Source: a virus (taxonomy: Duplodnaviria; Caudoviricetes). Taken from it: 58,594 nt of DNA. The stretch spans positions 1 through 58,594 of the IMG/VR virus record IMGVR_UViG_3300027969_000116, one strand, 5' to 3'. Under the pieces are notes generated by a model. It saw nothing but the letters and a program-made list of their open reading frames with translations. It had not been told where the DNA came from and searched no databases. The translations under genes and the position numbers were made by a program. This document shows positions 53,192 to 58,594 of this stretch, piece after piece. Position 1 is the first letter of the stretch, and each line of letters starts with the position of its first letter.

Positions 53192-53413
53192 TTAAATTAA
53201 GATATTTGAAATTGATGTGCAACCATTATTATCAATAACTTTAAGATTAAACGAACCTTGTCCTTCCATAATTGATGGAACCTGAAAATTATATGGTAAT
53301 GAAGATGATGGTATTGTGTTAATGTAAACACAAGTTATGTTAAATTCATCACATAGATAAACATTAAAGGGTGTGGCACCTGATATGTTGTTGATATTAA
53401 TGTTTGTTGGCAT
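53192..53413 (-). CDS. Small stand-alone copy of the N-terminal module of the 49963-51687 protein
   Basis: NININNISGATPFNVYLCD.....C.YI...KVIDNNGC aligns with IILNSITGLTYPYDIYVCD.....C.YI...KIITSDGC. Start 53413 is preferred. Confidence 0.6.
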   Translation of the reverse strand: MPTNININNISGATPFNVYLCDEFNITCVYINTIPSSSLPYNFQVPSIMEGQGSFNLKVIDNNGCTSISNILI

Positions 53414-53465
53414 TTGTTTAAAAGTTATTATCATAAATATAGTGTGATTAAAAAACTAATAAAGT

Positions 53466-53496
53466 TTTGATAATAATAATTTTATTCGTATATTTG
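53466..53496 (+). promoter_or_regulatory. Bacteroidota-type primary sigma promoter
   Basis: TTTG (53466-53469), 19 nt, TATATTTG (53489-53496) matches the TTTG-N19-21-TAnnTTTG consensus, in the divergent intergenic region. Confidence 0.55.
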
Positions 53497-53501
53497 CATT
53501 T

Positions 53502-54401
53502 ATGTCAGATGATGCGGAAATTTTATTAGAAATACTACAAGAAATACTCGGGGATTCAAAACTTCATTATGAATCTAAAGGGCAAATTTCATACAACTGT
53601 TGCGAGTGTGACGAGGGTAGAAACAAAGGAAACCTTGAAGTAAATTACTTTGAGCACGTCTGGAAGTGTTGGAGTTGTTCTGATGAGAACGGAACTCACG
53701 GAACATTAGGGAAGTTAATTGACCGATATGGTAATAAGAAACAGAAAAAAATCTACAACCTACTCCAACCTGAAAACCACAAACCAAAAGAGAAACGAGT
53801 TAATAAATTAAAACTACCCGAAGGGTTTACCAAATTCAAGGATAGTAGTTTGGTTTATCCGGTTCGTCGTCAAGCTTATAACTACCTAACACAAAGAGGA
53901 ATCACCGATAAGATTATTGATAAATATGGAATTGGGTTCTGTGATAGTGGTGCTTTCTCCGGTAGGATAATAATTCCTTCTTATGATAGTAAGGATGTGT
54001 TAAACTATTTTATTGCCCGAAGTTGGGACCCGAATAGTAGAGCCAAATACAAAAATCCTGAAGCTTCAAAAGACGAGATAATCTTCTTTGAGAATACAAT
54101 CAATTGGAATGCCGACATCCATCTTTGTGAAGGGGCGTTTGATGCAATATTCCTACCCAATAGTATTGCTATGTTGGGAAAACATATGTCTGACTTATTA
54201 CTTAACACTTTATACGAAAAAGCGAACGGGAACATAATTATATGTCTCGACGCCGATGCGTGGCAAGACGCTGTTAAGTTATTCCATAATTTAAATGGTG
54301 GTAGATTATATGGTAAGGTTAAAATAATAAAATTAACAGGTGATGCTGATGTTGCCGATTTAAGGGGTGACATCAGTAATTACTTTTATAAAATGAAATA
54401 G
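53502..54401 (+). CDS. DNA primase (DnaG-type, Zn finger plus TOPRIM)
   Basis: CCEC..WKCWSC, YLTQRGI, GRIIIP, KYKNP, LCEGAFDA and CLDADA motifs. Confidence 0.9.
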   Translation: MSDDAEILLEILQEILGDSKLHYESKGQISYNCCECDEGRNKGNLEVNYFEHVWKCWSCSDENGTHGTLGKLIDRYGNKKQKKIYNLLQPENHKPKEKRVNKLKLPEGFTKFKDSSLVYPVRRQAYNYLTQRGITDKIIDKYGIGFCDSGAFSGRIIIPSYDSKDVLNYFIARSWDPNSRAKYKNPEASKDEIIFFENTINWNADIHLCEGAFDAIFLPNSIAMLGKHMSDLLLNTLYEKANGNIIICLDADAWQDAVKLFHNLNGGRLYGKVKIIKLTGDADVADLRGDISNYFYKMK

Positions 54402-55271
54402 ATGAATAAATTAAAAAATGTTGCAACTGAAATATTGGATATTTTAGAAAAAAGACGACAAGAACTTGAATTAACATTTGTGGAAGACACTCATACTTAC
54501 ACAATGAAAAACTCTAAAGGTGAGTTAAAAAGTGATTGGCCTTCGGTGAGTAAAATTATGAAGTTATTTTACACAGAATTTGATTCTGAAGGGATATCAT
54601 TAAAGAAGGCAAACGGAGACCCCGAAGTTCAACAACAATTATTAGATGAATGGAAAGCTGCCGCAGACTACTCAATAAATGTGGGAAGTAGAACTCACTT
54701 TTTATTAGAAAAAAAATCACTTGAACTCTTTGAGATTGATAAAGAGGTTAGACAACCAATTTTTGATTGTAATTTTGAACAAATATTAAAAAGTGATTCT
54801 ATGGTATCTGCCGGAACTAACTTTTTAGAAACTATGAAAGAGCGTGGCGCGTTATTATTGGATACAGAGTTAATTCTTGGGGATGACGAACTTGGTTATA
54901 CAGGTGCTCCGGATAAGATGTGGTTAATTGAAAATAAAGATAAAACTGAAATTGGTATAATCTGTACGGATTATAAAACCAATAAACCAAAAAACTTTGA
55001 AGCAAGTTATTTCACAAAAAAAATGAAATACCCTTTTGAAAAGTTAGATGACACGGCTCTCGGTCACTATTCAACACAATTACCATTTTATTGTAAGTTA
55101 TTATTAAAAATGTTGAAAGGGACTAAATATGAAAACATTAAAGTGTATGGATGTATCATAGTTCTTGTTAAAGATAATGGAACATTTGAAGAATTCAGAA
55201 TACCCAAGTCAGTTCAAGAGACCATATTAGATATGGATATGTCAAAGTATTTGACAAAGAAAAAAAAATAA
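54402..55271 (+). CDS. PD-(D/E)xK exonuclease (RecB/Cas4-like superfamily)
   Basis: HTY...PSVS, GSRTH, TE, GAPD, DYKTNK and YSTQL..Y motifs. Confidence 0.75.
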   Translation: MNKLKNVATEILDILEKRRQELELTFVEDTHTYTMKNSKGELKSDWPSVSKIMKLFYTEFDSEGISLKKANGDPEVQQQLLDEWKAAADYSINVGSRTHFLLEKKSLELFEIDKEVRQPIFDCNFEQILKSDSMVSAGTNFLETMKERGALLLDTELILGDDELGYTGAPDKMWLIENKDKTEIGIICTDYKTNKPKNFEASYFTKKMKYPFEKLDDTALGHYSTQLPFYCKLLLKMLKGTKYENIKVYGCIIVLVKDNGTFEEFRIPKSVQETILDMDMSKYLTKKKK

Positions 55272-55279
55272 ACTAAATT
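55251..55279 (+). promoter_or_regulatory. Putative sigma70-like promoter
   Basis: TTGACA, 17 nt, TAAATT upstream of the Zn-ribbon and Mre11 genes. Confidence 0.4.
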
Positions 55280-55293
55280 TAAAATAAAAATAT

Positions 55294-55509
55294 ATGGCGG
55301 ATTTATTAAAACCTCAAATTGATTTGAGAACACAACCTACATTAGTATGTGAGGGATGTGGAAGTATCTACTTCAAAGAAGTTGTTATGATTAAAAAAGT
55401 TAACAAATTGTTAACAGGAAGTCCGGAAGACACTATTGTTCCGTTCCCAACTTATCGATGTGACGATTGTGGTCACGTAAATGAGGAGTTTAAATTATTT
55501 GATAAGTAA
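55294..55509 (+). CDS. Small Zn-ribbon protein
   Basis: CEGC...CDDCGH. Confidence 0.75.
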   Translation: MADLLKPQIDLRTQPTLVCEGCGSIYFKEVVMIKKVNKLLTGSPEDTIVPFPTYRCDDCGHVNEEFKLFDK

Positions 55510-55510
55510 T

Positions 55511-56296
55511 ATGATTAAGAAACTAGTTCATTTTAGTGACTTACATATACGATTATTTAAAGACCACGACCTATACCGAGGTATTTTGAATAATATGTTG
55601 GAACAATTCAGAGAGATTGGTCCGGACAGGATTGTATTCACCGGAGATTTAGTACATTCCAAAAACCAAATGACACCCGAACTTATTGAGTTCGTGGCTT
55701 GGATTCTTACGGAATGTTCTCAGATTGCTAAAACCATTATTATAATTGGGAATCACGATTTTTTGGAATCCAACTCATCAAGATTGGATGCTCTAACACC
55801 GGTGATTGATTCATTAAAGAACGACAATATTGTTTATTTGAAGAACAGAGGTGAATACGAAGACGATAATGTTGATTGGGTGGTGTATTCATTACTTGAC
55901 CATAACATTCCACCTGAGATTGAAAAAACGGGTAGATTGAAGATTGGATTGTTTCACGGACCAGTTCAGGGATTAACAACTGATATTGGATACAAATTTG
56001 AAACCGGATTTGAAACCGATAAGTTTAACGGGTGTGATTTAGTTTTATGTGGAGATATTCACAAAAGACAAATTTTCAACATCCCGGGTGGTAAGAAAGC
56101 ATATATGGTTGGTTCAACAATCCAACAAAATTATGGTGAGACTATAACCAAACACGGATTCGGAATTTACAATTTAGAATCAGATGAATATTCATTTGTT
56201 GATTTGGATAATCCAAAACCTTTCCTATCATTTAAGATGAAATCATTTGATGATATAATAAATGGAACCGAGAAACTAGTTAATGGTGGAAATTAA
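55511..56296 (+). CDS. Mre11/SbcD-like metallophosphoesterase nuclease (T4 gp47-like)
   Basis: HFSDLH, TGDLVH, IGNHD, FHG, GDIH and GSTIQQNYGE motifs. ATG 55511 is preferred. Confidence 0.85.
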   Translation: MIKKLVHFSDLHIRLFKDHDLYRGILNNMLEQFREIGPDRIVFTGDLVHSKNQMTPELIEFVAWILTECSQIAKTIIIIGNHDFLESNSSRLDALTPVIDSLKNDNIVYLKNRGEYEDDNVDWVVYSLLDHNIPPEIEKTGRLKIGLFHGPVQGLTTDIGYKFETGFETDKFNGCDLVLCGDIHKRQIFNIPGGKKAYMVGSTIQQNYGETITKHGFGIYNLESDEYSFVDLDNPKPFLSFKMKSFDDIINGTEKLVNGGN

Positions 56297-56858
56297 ATTA
56301 ACGCATACTCAATTAAAATCAGTCCAAGAATATTGTAAGTTAAACAATATTGAGGATGTGAATAAGTTCATAACCAAATGTTATACCGAAGGGTTTAACA
56401 TTAAGAAATATGGATTACTTGGTGATGATTCAGAAAAAACAGGTGGGATTGAAGAAAAACAGGTGGAAATTGAGGTTATCAAAGAAATCCGGGTGGAGGT
56501 TCCAGTTGAAGTTGTTAAATATGTTGAAGTCCCCGTTGAAATAATTAAAGAGGTTGAAGTCATCCAATATGTTGATAGAGAGGTGATTAAGGAGGTGCCT
56601 GTTGAAATAATAAAAGAGAAGATTGTAAATGTTATTCAAGAAGTCCCCGTCCCAAATATAGATAAAATTGGGGACAAACCTGAACCAAGTGATAAGATGA
56701 AACTTCTTCAAGAAACTTTACAAAAGTTAAGAAAAGAATTAACAGAAAAAAATTCAAGGATTACAGAACTTGAAGAAATAAATAAACAATTGGAATCAAT
56801 TAAAGTCAGTCAAGGTGCTGTATTTCTTAAAGGTTCCAACATAAGTGAAACAATGTAA
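56283..56858 (+). CDS. VEVPVE-repeat coiled-coil protein
   Basis: EVIKEIRVEVPVEVVKYVEVPVEIIKEVEV...KEVPVEIIKE followed by a heptad-rich C-terminus. Confidence 0.7.
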   Translation: MVEIKLTHTQLKSVQEYCKLNNIEDVNKFITKCYTEGFNIKKYGLLGDDSEKTGGIEEKQVEIEVIKEIRVEVPVEVVKYVEVPVEIIKEVEVIQYVDREVIKEVPVEIIKEKIVNVIQEVPVPNIDKIGDKPEPSDKMKLLQETLQKLRKELTEKNSRITELEEINKQLESIKVSQGAVFLKGSNISETM

Positions 56859-56859
56859 T

Positions 56860-57204
56860 ATGATACAATTAATTTGGTTACTAGCGGCATATGGAATGTC
56901 AAACATATTGGTCTACGGGTCAATATTTCAGGGATTAAGAAATGGAATAAAAGAGTGGGGTAATAGTATGTTACCTTTTAATGGGGTAGCAAAATTCTTT
57001 GGGGATTTACTATCTTGTATGATGTGTACATCAACTTGGGTTGGTTTTTTCCTTTCAATTGTTTATTATTCACCTTCAACCTCATTTATTGGGACACCGG
57101 GTTGGATTAGTTGGTTCTTCGATGGACTAATTGCATCAGGATTTGTGTGGGGTTTTAACTCCATAATTGAATGGTTTGAAGAAAATAGACCAACAAAAAA
57201 TTAA
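56860..57204 (+). CDS. Small membrane protein, DUF1360-like
   Basis: Three hydrophobic segments and an LLSCMMCTSTWVG motif. Confidence 0.6.
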   Translation: MIQLIWLLAAYGMSNILVYGSIFQGLRNGIKEWGNSMLPFNGVAKFFGDLLSCMMCTSTWVGFFLSIVYYSPSTSFIGTPGWISWFFDGLIASGFVWGFNSIIEWFEENRPTKN

Positions 57205-57207
57205 ATT

Positions 57208-57717
57208 ATGAAACAGACATTAGGTGATTATGTAATTAAGTTTTTAAAAGAAAAAACTGAAACAAGAAAAATTATTAAATGTGATGATTTTTTTCAATTG
57301 GTAAATGATATGGGGATTAGTGATGATAGTGATGAAATTATTAATATTATAAATTACTTAGAAGATAATAATACTGATATTAATTTTCACGATGCTAAAA
57401 CGGGTGATTTTTATCGTAGATTTAGAAATATTGAAAAAAAAGTTCAGTTATCTAAAATATTAAACGGTACTAAAACTGAAGTTCAAAAATTAATTGAAAA
57501 GGTTGATAAAATTAAAGTCCAAGAAAGACCTGATTGGTTGGAAATGTATAAGGATGATTCAACGGATGAAAAAATAGAAGAATCCAAAATGAAGGTTTCA
57601 AATGAAAATCCGTTCCAAAGGATAACGAATATGTTAATACAAGAATTAAAAGAACAAGTTGAGAATGAACCGGAAGTAACTTTAGAAGAGATTAACAACA
57701 AATTAAATAACAATTAA
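57208..57717 (+). CDS. Hypothetical protein
   Basis: 169-aa charged ORF in the operon. Confidence 0.6.
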   Translation: MKQTLGDYVIKFLKEKTETRKIIKCDDFFQLVNDMGISDDSDEIINIINYLEDNNTDINFHDAKTGDFYRRFRNIEKKVQLSKILNGTKTEVQKLIEKVDKIKVQERPDWLEMYKDDSTDEKIEESKMKVSNENPFQRITNMLIQELKEQVENEPEVTLEEINNKLNNN

Positions 57718-57729
57718 ATAAAAACAATT

Positions 57730-57987
57730 ATGCCAAAGTCAAAATTACGTGGTGGTGCAAAGGCACACAAAACAAGAGTAACACACAGAAACAACACAAT
57801 TAGAGGGTTAAAGAAAAAAGCTCAAGCTGAGTATCAAGAAATGTTTGAAAAAACTATGGAAACTTTGAAGGCTCAATACCAAGATGAGAACGGTGAAACA
57901 ACTGAATTAACTGCAGAAGTTGTTGATGATGTGACCAACATAAATGTAACCGATGTTGAGGTTGTGACACCCGAAGTTACTGAATAG
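57730..57987 (+). CDS. Small protein with a basic N-terminus and an acidic C-terminus
   Basis: MPKSKLRGGAKAHKTRV... followed by an acidic tail. Confidence 0.6.
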   Translation: MPKSKLRGGAKAHKTRVTHRNNTIRGLKKKAQAEYQEMFEKTMETLKAQYQDENGETTELTAEVVDDVTNINVTDVEVVTPEVTE

Positions 57988-57999
57988 TTAAAATAACAA

Positions 58000-58594
58000 A
58001 TGGACTTATTTAATCCTGCGATTGAATACAATTATACAATAATGGAAGACCTGAATATTGTAAACTTGGATAATCCTTACCTACAGGTTGTATGGGAGGA
58101 TTATGCCGAGAATTTTACACAAGAAAAAATTAAGAGTGTTCGTCATTACTTCCAAAAGAAGTATGATACGACTAATGTTAATGTAATTACAAAGACAAAG
58201 GTTGCTCAGGACACCACACATACCGTAGACATATCCTTTAACATCTTGGATGAGAACTATCAATTGGAACTAGTTCGTTCATTCTTGGAGTCAAAAGGGA
58301 ATATGGAACATTACGACGATATCTACCAACTTAATAGTGTGGTTGATAACAAATTGTTGCAAGACCAAACCGATGCCACTCCGTTTAAGAGATGGTACAT
58401 TAAGAACATCGAGTTCTCAAACTTTTTATCCTATGGTGAGAATCAGAAGATAGATTTTGAGAAGTGTGATGGTATTACGGTTGTAGAGTCAAACCCACCT
58501 AACTTTGGGGGTAAGACGGTTCTAACCGTGGACTTACTAATGTTCTTATTCTTTAATGAGACAACCAAGACATCAAAAGCTGAGGAGATATTTA
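58000..58594 (+). CDS. Rad50/SbcC-like ABC ATPase (T4 gp46-like), 3'-truncated; absent from the ORF track
   Basis: Manual translation from ATG 58000 is open to the window end: ...WYIKNIEFSNFLSYGENQKIDF...ITVVESNPPNFGGKTVL (Walker A-like). Confidence 0.85.
   Translation, partial: MDLFNPAIEYNYTIMEDLNIVNLDNPYLQVVWEDYAENFTQEKIKSVRHYFQKKYDTTNVNVITKTKVAQDTTHTVDISFNILDENYQLELVRSFLESKGNMEHYDDIYQLNSVVDNKLLQDQTDATPFKRWYIKNIEFSNFLSYGENQKIDFEKCDGITVVESNPPNFGGKTVLTVDLLMFLFFNETTKTSKAEEIF

Noticed and set aside
54402-55271. cas4 of a CRISPR system
   Set aside because: No four-Cys Fe-S pattern, no other cas genes and no array; it is a generic PD-(D/E)xK nuclease.
1426-58263. Short antisense or alternate-frame ORFs in the track (e.g. 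1426-1713, 5591-5848, 12166-12483, 22260-22538, 38171-38353, 41984-42253, 54005-54373, 58081-58263)
   Set aside because: They overlap well-supported genes and show no motifs; 58081-58263 is antisense to the Rad50-like ORF.
1-58594. Stop-codon reassignment (code 15 or 4)
   Set aside because: Genes are full-length in code 11, and the TAG of LamG paralog 1 sits exactly where the other paralogs have TAA.

Overview
AT-rich (roughly 30% GC by eye), densely coding segment of a large lytic dsDNA phage with a contractile tail (T4-superfamily-like gene content). The host is probably in Bacteroidota; this is an inference from SprB-like repeats, a TTTG-N19-TAnnTTTG promoter, the nrdB-nrdA pair and weak or absent Shine-Dalgarno sites. 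Layout: baseplate/tube-initiator, LysM-like and giant hub genes (1-8950); a replication/recombination/nucleotide block (gp32-like SSB, UvsX/RecA, 5'-3' exonuclease, DnaB-like helicase, NrdB, NrdA; 9985-18211); a baseplate wedge operon with a free-standing HNH gene (18296-38157); a convergent minus-strand cluster of Cys-rich, Thr/Pro-linker, SprB, LamG and fibre proteins ending in a RuvC-like resolvase (38215-53413); then primase, PD-(D/E)xK nuclease, Mre11/SbcD, small genes and a truncated Rad50/SbcC (53502-end). I saw no tRNA, CRISPR array, integrase or reverse transcriptase. The most notable items are: (i) a modular adhesin arsenal with shared docking, Cys-rich and mucin-like modules, including a SprB-repeat protein capped by a PEBP (YbhB/YbcL) domain; (ii) a multi-pass membrane segment in a giant baseplate-operon protein; (iii) a TATTTAT(A/T) motif, the reverse complement of the T4 late promoter, often 3-4 nt before ATG; (iv) codon-level avoidance of GATC and CATG; (v) an oddly partitioned Mre11/Rad50 pair; (vi) a LamG cassette array with conserved ends. 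All family calls come from motifs recognised by eye, not from database searches.
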